NCBI GenBank assembly: GCA_011174825.1
Contig: DUEZ01000078.1
Coordinates: 27,947-91,946, forward strand
Length of the DNA stretch: 64,000 nucleotides
Direction of reading: 5' to 3'
From: Anaerolineae bacterium
GTDB taxonomy: Bacteria > Chloroflexota > Anaerolineae > Anaerolineales > E44-bin32
The stretch's first letter is position 1, and every line of letters starts with the position of its first letter. This document shows positions 8,646 through 18,669 of the stretch, piece by piece. The position numbers and the translations under genes were made by a program. Under the pieces are notes generated by a model. That model was given only the letters and a program-made list of their open reading frames with translations, made no database searches and was not told the origin of the DNA.

Positions 8646-9427
8646 CAGATTACCTTCTCTTCCATCAAACGGTCCACCAAATGAGCAGCTAGTTCTTCAG
8701 GTGTCTCGCCTTCAATCATCTCAACTTCGGTTTCGATTTTCGGTGGTGCGATGATTTCTGGCCATGTCACCGCTGAGTCTGAAATCTCATCCAATCCCAA
8801 ATCGGCTGCTGTCCAAAGTGGAATCTCGGCACGTGATGCTTTACGGATACCCATAAATGATGGATAACGTGGTTCGTTTATCTCCTTCACCACACTGACC
8901 ACAGCAGGAAGCGGGCTGCGGACAAGCTGCCTGCACTCATCCAACATTCGCTCGACAGCGATGTTCTTCCCTTCAGGGTCTAATGCGGTGACAGCAGCCA
9001 CGAGGCTGAGCGCTGGCCATCCAAGTCGTCGGGCTACCTGCGGTCCAGTTACGCCGGTATCACTGTCCACCGAGGCGCGGCCGAATATCACCAAGTCAGC
9101 ATCCCCGATTTTGTTGATGCTTGCCGCGAGGATTTTGGAAACCACAAGCGAGTCGGCACCTGCGAGAGCCGGATCGCTTATCAATATTGCCTGGTCACAC
9201 CCCATGGCCAAGGCTTGCTTCAGTGCTTCCTTAGCGTCCTCGGGGCCCAAGCTGATGGCAGTTACTTGTCCGCCATGGGCTTCTTTGATTCGAAGCGCTT
9301 CCTCTACTGCAAATTCATCCCACGGATTTAGTATGACTGGTGCGTCCCCCCATGAGACAACACCATCTTCGACGGTTACTGTGGCCGCAGTGTCCGGAGT
9401 TTGCTTCACACAGACTACGATGTTCAA
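8645..9427 (-). CDS. etfB: Electron transfer flavoprotein beta subunit
   Basis: IVVCVKQTPD, NPWDEFAVEEA and NEPRYPS motifs; TTG start with GAGGA RBS. Confidence 0.96.
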   Translation of the reverse strand: MNIVVCVKQTPDTAATVTVEDGVVSWGDAPVILNPWDEFAVEEALRIKEAHGGQVTAISLGPEDAKEALKQALAMGCDQAILISDPALAGADSLVVSKILAASINKIGDADLVIFGRASVDSDTGVTGPQVARRLGWPALSLVAAVTALDPEGKNIAVERMLDECRQLVRSPLPAVVSVVKEINEPRYPSFMGIRKASRAEIPLWTAADLGLDEISDSAVTWPEIIAPPKIETEVEMIEGETPEELAAHLVDRLMEEKVI

Positions 9428-9867
9428 GTTATCCTCCTTCCCTCACCCATGATAGAGTATCAATCAAGTATTAAAGTTTACATACCTTATCATTGTCAAT
9501 ACTGAGATTTATCCATCTGCATCGCCTACCGATAAACTTTCGTGATTATAGTCGCTCATTATTACGCACACAACCTCATCCATAATGAGCGAGAATCTCA
9601 TCCTAAAAGGTCCCAGCCAGAAACTCAATTTGCTTCGGATAGAGTCCGCGGTTGTGAAGCGGATTAGGTCATTCATAGAATGATCTCACATTTCATTTCC
9701 TCCCCTACCGTCGAAATGAAGTCAAACGATGTAGAGGAAACAAAGGTCTAACCTCTTCGTGATTCAATTTCATTTACAACGTACTTACCGTATTCTTCAC
9801 GCAATCCAAATGAGGGGATCGTACTGTTCGTGCGACGGTGATCTAGAGGCTATAATCCAAACTGCTG

Positions 9868-11295
9868 ATGGGAGAGGTATCGAGATTGTTCGATCAAATT
9901 ACACCCCGCTGGCCTCATCTTCTCTTAGCTTTGGCGATCCTCGTCGCTCTAAGCCCAACACCAATCCCAGAACCCGCTGTTGGGTCACTGCGTTCTGCCA
10001 ATATCGCGCTAGATGCCGGTCGACTAGATGAAGCCTTAAATCTCATTGATCACGTAATGGCATTCGATCATGCCCTTGAAGGGTTCTACCTCCGAGCAGC
10101 GGAGATCGCTCTCACAGCAGATGATCCTCTTCGAGCCCTGAACTACTTGAACCTTTCGTCTCCGCTCGCTTCAGTTCAGGGATGCTTGCGAAGCCGTGCC
10201 TTATTGGCGATTGGCAACCTAGATCAGGCTGCAACAACTTGGAGAAAAACAGGAGAGACCTGCCCGAATGCTATTCCTTTTCTTGATACGTTGGCCCAAG
10301 CCTATCTGCAGGAAGATGATCCGATAAGCGCTCGAGCTATCTTCGAGGAACTTCTTTCTTTGGAACCCCTCCACGAAGACGCCCTCTATTCTTTTGCGCT
10401 GATCACGTCATCAAGCAATCCTGAAGAGGCCCTGTCATATTTGCTTCGGATTGATGCTCTATCCCCCGGTGCTAAACCACTCTCCAACGCCCTAATCCAG
10501 ACGATAGAAAGCGCATTAGCACTTGGTGATCCCTCTTACACTCTAGCACAGGTTGGCCAAACTTTCGCCAGGCACGGCGAATGGCAGATTGCGACTTGGG
10601 CTTTTCAAAATGCCCTAACTCTGAATCCAGAATACATCGAGGCCCGTGCGTACCTCGGCTTAGCACTCGATCGTTCTGGCCGAGACGGCCTTCAATACTT
10701 AATGAAAGCCGTTGAAGCTGCCAACTCTGCAGCATTGCCTCGGATCTTCCTCGCGATGCATTGGCAAGAGCTTGGGCAGCCTGAGATCGCATTGCAGCAA
10801 CTAGAAATCGCATCCCAGCTCGAACCGACCAACCCGGCTGTAAACGCTGAGCTTGGATCAGTTTATTCCGCTCTGGGAGATACTCGATCTGCTATCGCTG
10901 CCTATCGTCAAGCGACCGATCTTGCGCCGAAAGACTCTCGCTTCTGGATTTTGCTTGCACAATATTCATTAACGAATGAAATTGAAGTTCCTACCCTCGG
11001 TCTGCCAGCTGCACGCAATGCTGTCGTATTAAATCCGAATGATCCCACCAGCCTCGATGCCTTAGGATATGCTCACTTCTTGTTAGGGAACTTCCGCCTG
11101 AGCGAACGCCTACTATGGCACGCGATTAACCTTGAACCTCAACGAGCTGACATCCAATACCACATGGGTTTGTTACGCTACGCTCAGGGAGAAGATCAAA
11201 AAGCTCGCGCAGCGTTTTCGATAGCTATCCTACTTGACCCGGGTGGACCCATCGGCCAACTCGCTGACCGGATCTTGATAAACTTGCGACCATAG
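9868..11295 (+). CDS. Tetratricopeptide repeat protein with N-terminal signal or TM segment
   Basis: Repeated helical units with A..L.P turns. Confidence 0.85.
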   Translation: MGEVSRLFDQITPRWPHLLLALAILVALSPTPIPEPAVGSLRSANIALDAGRLDEALNLIDHVMAFDHALEGFYLRAAEIALTADDPLRALNYLNLSSPLASVQGCLRSRALLAIGNLDQAATTWRKTGETCPNAIPFLDTLAQAYLQEDDPISARAIFEELLSLEPLHEDALYSFALITSSSNPEEALSYLLRIDALSPGAKPLSNALIQTIESALALGDPSYTLAQVGQTFARHGEWQIATWAFQNALTLNPEYIEARAYLGLALDRSGRDGLQYLMKAVEAANSAALPRIFLAMHWQELGQPEIALQQLEIASQLEPTNPAVNAELGSVYSALGDTRSAIAAYRQATDLAPKDSRFWILLAQYSLTNEIEVPTLGLPAARNAVVLNPNDPTSLDALGYAHFLLGNFRLSERLLWHAINLEPQRADIQYHMGLLRYAQGEDQKARAAFSIAILLDPGGPIGQLADRILINLRP

Positions 11296-11397
11296 TTCCG
11301 TGTTTTCATGAGGACCGTTAGCTACGGTCAGTTGATGAGAGTATTCGAGATCAACCCGAAGAATACCAGCGACCTCGTTCTATGCTAGAATGCCGAC

Positions 11398-12066
11398 ATG
11401 ATTAAAGGAAACCTGCCAACTCGTTTCCGGATCTATATTTCCCTGATGCTGCTAGCTTCGGTGATGTTGACTTTCTGCCATGCATGTAACTTACTGGAAC
11501 CGCCCGTTGAATCTGGATCAGTCTTGTTCCAAGACGATTTCTCGCGTTCCGCGAGTGGTTGGGATCGATATTCAAACGATTCCTACCTGACGGATTATGA
11601 GGAGGGCGGATACCGAATAGCGATCTTCACAACGGAGACGAACGTCTGGTCTCGTCCACACCTCGACTTTGGGGATACCCTTATCCAAGTTTTGGCCACC
11701 AAACTTGAAGGTCCTGACGACAATGTATTTGGAGTGCTGTGTCGTTACCAAGACGCCCGCAATTTCTACTTCTTTCTCATATCCAGCGATGGATACCACG
11801 GGATCGGTATATATCAAGATGGGGAGGAAATCCTGCTGAGCAATGAAGCGATGTTGCCATCTGAGGCGATCAATCAAGGGGAAGCCAGAAACCACATCCG
11901 AGCAGATTGTGTGGGCGAAGAATTATCCCTCTACATTAACGGAGCACTCGTTGCCCAAGCCACAGCCACAGATTGGGCCCACGGAGATGTCGGTCTTATT
12001 GCTGGAACATACGACAAAGCTGGCACAGATATTCTCTTTGAAAATTTTTCAGTTCTCCTGCCATAA
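11398..12066 (+). CDS. Secreted or lipoprotein beta-sandwich protein (ConA/DUF1080-like)
   Basis: Signal peptide with Cys, LFQDDFS..SGW, and G.VGL..G C-terminal pattern. Confidence 0.7.
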   Translation: MIKGNLPTRFRIYISLMLLASVMLTFCHACNLLEPPVESGSVLFQDDFSRSASGWDRYSNDSYLTDYEEGGYRIAIFTTETNVWSRPHLDFGDTLIQVLATKLEGPDDNVFGVLCRYQDARNFYFFLISSDGYHGIGIYQDGEEILLSNEAMLPSEAINQGEARNHIRADCVGEELSLYINGALVAQATATDWAHGDVGLIAGTYDKAGTDILFENFSVLLP

Positions 12067-12093
12067 AATGATAGATCATGGTATAGGTAAGCT

Positions 12094-13380
12094 ATGAAGT
12101 TCTTTTTTGACTCCATAGGATGCCGGTTGAACCAAAGTGAAATCGAGATCATGGCCTACCAAGTCATGCAGGCTGGTCATGACCCTGTCGCATCACCAGA
12201 AGAGTGTGATGTTGCCGTGATTAACACTTGCAGCGTCACGACAGCCGCAGCTTCCGATTCGCGCAGCACAATCCGTGGTGTGTACCGTCGCAATCGAGAG
12301 GCTCAAATCGTCCTTACTGGATGCTGGAGTGAACTTGAACATGATGCAGCACTCGCTTTACCAGGCGTGATTCAGGTGGTCACCAACTCCGAAAAAGATA
12401 CCCTGATCCCGTCAGTGCTTGGACTTCCCGAACTCGAACCTCAATGGGATGTATTGGAAAGACGTTCTGTCCCAGGAATACGGAGACGAACACGTGCTTT
12501 TATCAAAGTCCAAGATGGATGTGATAACCACTGTACGTACTGTCTACCAACCATCGCTCGAGGCGCATCCCGCAGCCTTCCGATCGAGGCGGTTATCGCT
12601 GAGATCAGAAGCGCGGTTAAGGGTGGCGTGAAAGAGGTCGTGTTAACAGGTTCTCAACTCAGCGCTTATGGACTTGATCAACCAGATGAACATCATTTGA
12701 CCACCTTAATCCGATCTGTCCTTGACCAGACAAATATCTCACGTATCAGGCTATCCTCTTTGGAGCCTTGGGGATTACCGAAGGATCTCTTCGCTCTACT
12801 TCGAGATGCGAGAGTCTGCAGACAGTTGCACATCCCACTTCAATCCGGCTGCGATAAAACCTTACGCCGCATGGGACGTCCAATTTCTTCAGATGCATTT
12901 GCGGACCTCGTTTCCGAAGCACGTGAAACCATCCCCGGACTTGCTGTAACTACGGATATTATGGTGGGTTTCCCTGGCGAGACGGTGAAGGAATTTGAAC
13001 TGAGCCTGGCCTTCATCGAGAAGATGAGGTTTGCTGGAGCTCACGTGTTTATCTATTCACCACGCAGGGGAACAGCTGCTGTCCATCTGGCGAACCATAT
13101 CCCTACCCAGATTGCACGTGAACGCAGCCTCAGGGTTAGAAAGATTGTGGGTGAATCCGGACACACTTTCCGGATCGGTTTTCTTGGTACTACCATGCCT
13201 GTTCTATGGGAGAAAGCCTGTCCATCTGAGAGCAATGGATGGGATCTTACTGGGTTGACTGACAATTACATAAGAGTGCGCGCAGACAGCAGGGATGATT
13301 TAGGAAATAAAATATCCTTAGCTCATCTTCGTGAAATAGAGGGTGAAACGGTACGAGGAGAGCTTATCGAAGAGCGGTAA
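12094..13380 (+). CDS. mtaB: tRNA t6A37 methylthiotransferase MtaB
   Basis: GCRLNQSE, NTCSVT, CDNHCTYC radical-SAM motif, HVF.YS.R.GT and MtaB-type C-terminal TDNY. Confidence 0.92.
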   Translation: MKFFFDSIGCRLNQSEIEIMAYQVMQAGHDPVASPEECDVAVINTCSVTTAAASDSRSTIRGVYRRNREAQIVLTGCWSELEHDAALALPGVIQVVTNSEKDTLIPSVLGLPELEPQWDVLERRSVPGIRRRTRAFIKVQDGCDNHCTYCLPTIARGASRSLPIEAVIAEIRSAVKGGVKEVVLTGSQLSAYGLDQPDEHHLTTLIRSVLDQTNISRIRLSSLEPWGLPKDLFALLRDARVCRQLHIPLQSGCDKTLRRMGRPISSDAFADLVSEARETIPGLAVTTDIMVGFPGETVKEFELSLAFIEKMRFAGAHVFIYSPRRGTAAVHLANHIPTQIARERSLRVRKIVGESGHTFRIGFLGTTMPVLWEKACPSESNGWDLTGLTDNYIRVRADSRDDLGNKISLAHLREIEGETVRGELIEER

Positions 13381-13527
13381 GCCTCACTTGGGTCTTTGTT
13401 CGACCCGTGATGGAAGTAGAAGAAGAAAAGGTCAACGAATACCCATCCCCCTGTTGATGCTTAATCTAAAATAATTCTCCTCCAGGTTCTGTGGGTAATT
13501 GCTAATATTCAAAAGATAGAGATTACA

Positions 13528-13560
13528 AACTTCCCGCGAGCTAAAAGTTCACGGGAAGTT
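13528..13560. repeat. 33-bp palindromic repeat, family A, copy 2
   Basis: AACTTCCCGCGAGCT-AAA-AGTTCACGGGAAGTT. Confidence 0.85.
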
Positions 13561-13590
13561 TACCGTTGCCAACTCATCTGTAAACCGGAT

Positions 13591-14574
13591 TTAATAATTC
13601 TCTTGCAAATCTAATCCTTGATAAAGGTAACTCACCTCTTCTTCATATCCATTGAAGAGTAGAGTCGGTCGTCGACCCGATTCGCGGATACGCTGCTCGG
13701 TAGCCTGAGACCAACGTGGATGGGGTACATCCGGATTTACATTTGCATAAAACCCATATTCCTGTGGGGCAACCGCCATCCATGTAGACGTTGGCTCTTC
13801 TGCGACCAAGTCAATCTTTACAATCGATTTGATGCTTTTAAACCCATACTTCCACGGGACCACCAGACGAACCGGGGCTCCACTCTGCGGGGGGAGAGGT
13901 TTGCCATAAATACCCGTCGCAAGGAGCGTTAGCCCGTTCATCGCCTCATCTAAGCGTAAACCCTCTACATAAGGCCAGGGGTATCGCAGATCATTTTGAC
14001 CAACCATCTGTTCGGGATCGTAGAGCGTCTCAAATCGGACATACTTCGCATCGCTCAGCGGTTCGACCTCTCCCAACATCGATGCTAGGGGGAAGCCCAT
14101 CCAAGGGATGACCATTGACCACCCTTCGACACACCGGAGACGGTAGATCCGATCTTCTTGGGAGAACTTCTTTTGTATGTCATCGAGATCGAAGGTCGCA
14201 GGTTTATTTACAAGACCGCCAACTTGGACCACCCAAGGTGAGGTTATAAAATCCTTTGCCAAATCCGCAACGGCGTTTTTATTGGTTGTAAACTCGTAGA
14301 AGTTATTGTACTGGGTGATATCCTCAAAAACATTCAGGGGATCTCCGAATTCATCCGTCAAAGTTGTTGTTTGTGGAGTGGCTTCAGGACTTGCACCCGT
14401 CGCAGGCATAGCAGTCTCATCAGGTAAATCGGATGCCGGTGAAGGGATTTCATTTCCTCTGCATGCTGCGACGATCAACGAACTCAATGCAATTGCACCA
14501 GTACCTTTCATAAAGCTCCGTCGCGAGAGATAAACATGTTCAGGTGTAATTTCTGAAGGATGAATCTTCTTCAT
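13591..14574 (-). CDS. msrP: Protein-methionine-sulfoxide reductase catalytic subunit (Tat-exported molybdoenzyme)
   Basis: SEITPE, SRRSFMK twin-arginine signal, [26 protein letters not shown] and HPRWSQ motifs. Confidence 0.95.
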   Translation of the reverse strand: MKKIHPSEITPEHVYLSRRSFMKGTGAIALSSLIVAACRGNEIPSPASDLPDETAMPATGASPEATPQTTTLTDEFGDPLNVFEDITQYNNFYEFTTNKNAVADLAKDFITSPWVVQVGGLVNKPATFDLDDIQKKFSQEDRIYRLRCVEGWSMVIPWMGFPLASMLGEVEPLSDAKYVRFETLYDPEQMVGQNDLRYPWPYVEGLRLDEAMNGLTLLATGIYGKPLPPQSGAPVRLVVPWKYGFKSIKSIVKIDLVAEEPTSTWMAVAPQEYGFYANVNPDVPHPRWSQATEQRIRESGRRPTLLFNGYEEEVSYLYQGLDLQENY

Positions 14575-15030
14575 AGTGCACTCCTTAGATCAGGATAATA
14601 TACTGTCCTAACACTGTATGTGACAATCGTACATCTTTGATTTCAAGATCTTGCTGGAGAGGATAATATCCACCTAGCCGTTAACGAGAATTCCAATCCC
14701 CCAATGTAGCATACCAACGACACATGACCTCATATCTACCGGCAAGCACGGAACTCGATCGTGTCAAGATGTACAGAAAGTTAATACAAAACTTATCACA
14801 ACCGGATATATTTTATCATCATTGGAATAATCTTCGATCATGTTAGAATGTTCAGATCAATACATGGTTATTCGTGTGCGATAATGAATTCGATAAACGT
14901 ACATACTCGAGAACGATCGATCATAGGAGATGGGAGAGAGCAACACCGATATATCATTGGATGGCAGAGCTTGGTCGGGTTTTAATCCATTTTGCTACCC
15001 TGACCTTCATCTCCCCTGTATAATGGTGCT

Positions 15031-15480
15031 ATGTTAACCAGAGACACATTCCAGGAAGAACTTAAGAATGCCATACGCTCCGGCGACGATGTGCGGAAAC
15101 GTACGTTACGGATGTTGCTCACATCTATCAAAATCGCCGAAGTTGAACGTCGAGAGCCACTCGACGAAACTGAACTGCTGACTTTGATCCAGAAGGAAGC
15201 TAAAACCCGTCGAGAGGCGATCGAAGAGGCCAAACGTGCTGACCGACAAGATTTAATCACCTCGGCTGAGGACGAGCTCACAGTGCTCCAAAATTACCTC
15301 CCCCAACCTTTAAAACCGGAGGAACTGGAAGACCTTGCTCATCAAGCGATTGAGGAAGTAGAGGCCTCTGGACCAGAATCTATGGGGAAGGTTATGAAAG
15401 TACTAATGCCGCGCGTCCAAGGCAGAACCGATGGCAAGACGGTTAGCACACTCGTGCAACAGCTACTGAGCAACCGCTGA
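15031..15480 (+). CDS. GatB/YqeY domain protein
   Basis: YLPQPL and MGKVMK..GRTDG motifs. Confidence 0.92.
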   Translation: MLTRDTFQEELKNAIRSGDDVRKRTLRMLLTSIKIAEVERREPLDETELLTLIQKEAKTRREAIEEAKRADRQDLITSAEDELTVLQNYLPQPLKPEELEDLAHQAIEEVEASGPESMGKVMKVLMPRVQGRTDGKTVSTLVQQLLSNR

Positions 15481-15488
15481 TCTGAGCC

Positions 15489-17642
15489 ATGGAAGATCCC
15501 TCGGGAGGACGACCCTCCATTGGCGAGCGTATTAAGCTCGCTTGGCAAGCAACCCGATTGGGGCTGATTTTCGCTCTCGGCTTGATTGGGACGGTCCTCG
15601 TTCTGTCTATACCACAAGCACAAAACGGGTCAACGTTTATCCTAGAACCTGGTGATGTCGCTCCACAGGATATCCTGGCACCCTACAGGCTGGATTTCCC
15701 AAGTGAGGTTCTAACCGAGATAGCACGCGAAGAGGCAGCCGAGGCCGTCACGGACCTTTACGACCCTCCTGATAGCAATGTCGCCAGACAACAACTTGAA
15801 AGCTTAAGAGAAGTGCTTAACTACATCGATTCTATTCGGGCTGATCAACTCAGCACGTCCAAAGAACTCATCGAAGATTTAATCAAAAACATAAAGGTCC
15901 CCTTGGATACCGAAGTCGCACAAGCAATATTGGAACTGCCTGATCCTCGGTGGGAAGCCATAAAACTCGAATCGACATCCGTGCTAGAACAGGTGATGCG
16001 CAATGAAATCAGGGAGGACAGGGTAAACGAGGCGCGGCGATCCGTGCCAACGCTCGTGAGTATCGCTCTACCAGTAGACCAAGTTCAGTTGGTTAGCCAT
16101 TTGGTAACCGCCTTTGTAGCCCCGAACACTTGGCTCAATCAGTCCGCAACCGAGGAAGCTAAAAATAATGCGCGTCAATCGGTCGAATTGGTTCGCACAT
16201 CATATGCTGCTGGGGAAACGATCGTCAGGGTAGGATCTCGAATAACACCGCTTGAGATCGAGGCTTTGGAAGCTTATAACCTATTAAAGCCCCCTGAACC
16301 CTGGCAAAGAATTGCGATCCAGGTGTTATTGGTCACACTTCTAGCAAGCACGATCGCGCTATACGCCTACCGAATCCACCCAAATGAGATCAAGAAAACC
16401 CGTCATGCATTAACCTTAAGCATCATGTTCATCATCGTAGCTTTGAACATGCAACTGATGATCCCTGGAAGAGCGGTCTTACCTTATCTCTTCCCGACAG
16501 CAACCCTCCCCATCTTGTTAGCTGTGCTCTTCAGCCCTGGTATGGGCATCATGAGCGCCTTAGTCAGCGGTGCTTTGGCGGGTTTCCTGGCACCAAGGGG
16601 ATTGGAGCTCGGGTTGTACACCGCTCTTAGCGGTACGATAGCGGCCTTGATCATTGGCCGAGCGGAGCGTCTTAGTTCCTTCTTCTGGGCAGGGATAGGC
16701 ACTTCGATTTCCGCCGCCATGGTTATCGTCATCTTCCGCTTCCCCGATCCAGCAACGGACCTGCTTGGTAAGGCGACGCTTATGGGTGCTGCGATCATCA
16801 ACGGCTTACTCTCCGCAAGTCTTGGATTCGGATTGTTACTCCTCACCAGCAACTTTCTCGGTATCACCACAAGCCTACAACTGATCGAATTGTCTCGTCC
16901 TGACCATCCGTTGCTACAGTTGCTCCTGCAAAACGCGCCGGGAACATACCAACACAGTTTACAGGTCGCGAATCTCGCAGAACAAGCTGCCCGAGCCATC
17001 GACGCCAATCCCTTACTCACACGCGTCGGAGCCTTGTATCACGATGTTGGCAAGGCTCTTCGTCCTCAATTCTTCATCGAAAACCAGGTGCCTGGGCAAA
17101 ACGTGCACGAGCAGTTAGATCCAACGACAAGCGCCAGCATCATCATTTCCCATGTGGATGACGGCCTCGAGCTCGCCAATAAGTATCACCTACCAGATAG
17201 CATCCAAGCCTTCATCAAAGAACACCATGGTAACCAGAAAGTCAGGTACCAATACCACGCTGCCATAGAGGCTGCCGGAGGCGATAAGAATCTCGTCAAC
17301 ACCGATGACTTTACTTATCATGGCTCCACCCCACTCACACGTGAGACTGCTGTCCTCATGTTAGCGGATGGCGTAGAAGCTAAAGTCAGAGCAGACAAAC
17401 CTCAGAATCGTGAAGAGATCGACAAGCTTGTCCGCTGGGTCATTGCCGATCGCTTATCGAACGGACAACTTGCGCGTACCGAATTGACATTAAAAGATCT
17501 CGATTCTATCCGTTCTTCTTTCACCCGCACACTGAGGAATTTCTATCATCCCCGACTGCAATATCCTGAACCCGGGGAAGAGGACACCTCCCCAATCCAA
17601 GATCCTCAAGGCAGCACGGCTAGCTCACCCAACAGTTCATGA
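15489..17642 (+). CDS. 7TM-HD phosphohydrolase (PgpH/YqfF-like c-di-AMP phosphodiesterase)
   Basis: Extracellular domain, multiple TM helices, APGTYQHS, YHDVGK, EHHG and MLAD.VEA; precedes ybeY-dgkA. Confidence 0.9.
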   Translation: MEDPSGGRPSIGERIKLAWQATRLGLIFALGLIGTVLVLSIPQAQNGSTFILEPGDVAPQDILAPYRLDFPSEVLTEIAREEAAEAVTDLYDPPDSNVARQQLESLREVLNYIDSIRADQLSTSKELIEDLIKNIKVPLDTEVAQAILELPDPRWEAIKLESTSVLEQVMRNEIREDRVNEARRSVPTLVSIALPVDQVQLVSHLVTAFVAPNTWLNQSATEEAKNNARQSVELVRTSYAAGETIVRVGSRITPLEIEALEAYNLLKPPEPWQRIAIQVLLVTLLASTIALYAYRIHPNEIKKTRHALTLSIMFIIVALNMQLMIPGRAVLPYLFPTATLPILLAVLFSPGMGIMSALVSGALAGFLAPRGLELGLYTALSGTIAALIIGRAERLSSFFWAGIGTSISAAMVIVIFRFPDPATDLLGKATLMGAAIINGLLSASLGFGLLLLTSNFLGITTSLQLIELSRPDHPLLQLLLQNAPGTYQHSLQVANLAEQAARAIDANPLLTRVGALYHDVGKALRPQFFIENQVPGQNVHEQLDPTTSASIIISHVDDGLELANKYHLPDSIQAFIKEHHGNQKVRYQYHAAIEAAGGDKNLVNTDDFTYHGSTPLTRETAVLMLADGVEAKVRADKPQNREEIDKLVRWVIADRLSNGQLARTELTLKDLDSIRSSFTRTLRNFYHPRLQYPEPGEEDTSPIQDPQGSTASSPNSS

Positions 17643-18100
17643 CCTACAAAACGCATTTACATTGTGATGCAGGATATGCTAAAGACTTCTCTGGCCTGGC
17701 CACTCTTGCTGTCGGCGTTCTCAGTCATGAGGGGGTCCCACCAGGAGAACTCACCATCGTCCTTACAGACGAAGATACAATCCATAAGCTAAATAAGCAG
17801 TATAGAGGACACAATTCATCAACGGATGTCCTCTCCTTTGCAGACGGAAGTCTCGATCCGGACAGCAAAGGTGTTTATTATGGTGATGTGATCATTGCGG
17901 TTCCAATAGCCAAAACCCAGGCCAAAATCGCTGGTCATACTCTAGAAGCCGAGCTTGCACTTCTCACTGTCCACGGAATATTGCATTTATTAGGTTACGA
18001 TCATACCAACCCAGATGAACGGGACCACATGTGGGCCGTGAAACAGACGATCTTAGCTAAACATGGGTACCAGATCACGTTCCCGGAGGAAATGGTATGA
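17639..18100 (+). CDS. ybeY: rRNA maturation endoribonuclease YbeY
   Basis: TDVLSF and HGILHLLGYDH motifs. Confidence 0.96.
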   Translation: MTYKTHLHCDAGYAKDFSGLATLAVGVLSHEGVPPGELTIVLTDEDTIHKLNKQYRGHNSSTDVLSFADGSLDPDSKGVYYGDVIIAVPIAKTQAKIAGHTLEAELALLTVHGILHLLGYDHTNPDERDHMWAVKQTILAKHGYQITFPEEMV

Positions 18101-18477
18101 CCAAGTCGAAACAATCCCGGTCACGAATTGCTGCTTTTCACCACGCTTTTTCAGGTTGGTGGTATGTCCTTCAAACCCAGAGGAACGCTTGGATTCATGC
18201 CTTAGCAACATTGGGTGTCATCGTGCTGGGATATTGGCTAAGTATCGAACGAAGTGATTGGGCAGTTCTACTCTTGGCCATTGGTCTAGTCTGGTTAGCA
18301 GAGTTCTTGAACACCGCTCTCGAGGCGGTCGTTGATCTCGCTAGCCCCAAGATGCATCCCCTTGCGCGAGTCGGAAAGGACGTTGGAGCTGCTGGAGTTC
18401 TCATCTCAGCCGCCACTGCAGCTGTTATTGGGTTGTTGATTCTCGGCCCACCCTTATTGGATAGACTCGGCCTTTGA
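18097..18477 (+). CDS. dgkA: Diacylglycerol/undecaprenol kinase family protein
   Basis: AEFLNTALEAVVDL and KDVGAAGV motifs; three TM helices. Confidence 0.92.
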   Translation: MTKSKQSRSRIAAFHHAFSGWWYVLQTQRNAWIHALATLGVIVLGYWLSIERSDWAVLLLAIGLVWLAEFLNTALEAVVDLASPKMHPLARVGKDVGAAGVLISAATAAVIGLLILGPPLLDRLGL

Positions 18478-18669
18478 GAATCGCTCCCCCAAAGGATTTA
18501 TTGCAGCGATTCTTGTTCTGTGCCATAATGCCTGAGGTGGGCAAAGCCTTGGCCACTAGGCTAACGCGCTTGCGTGCTTGAGCGTTTAATGTCGGAAATC
18601 TCGGTTGTTGGATTGATAGAAAAGTCTTTGCTCGATACGTATATGCGAATGATATGAGGTTGATATTTG

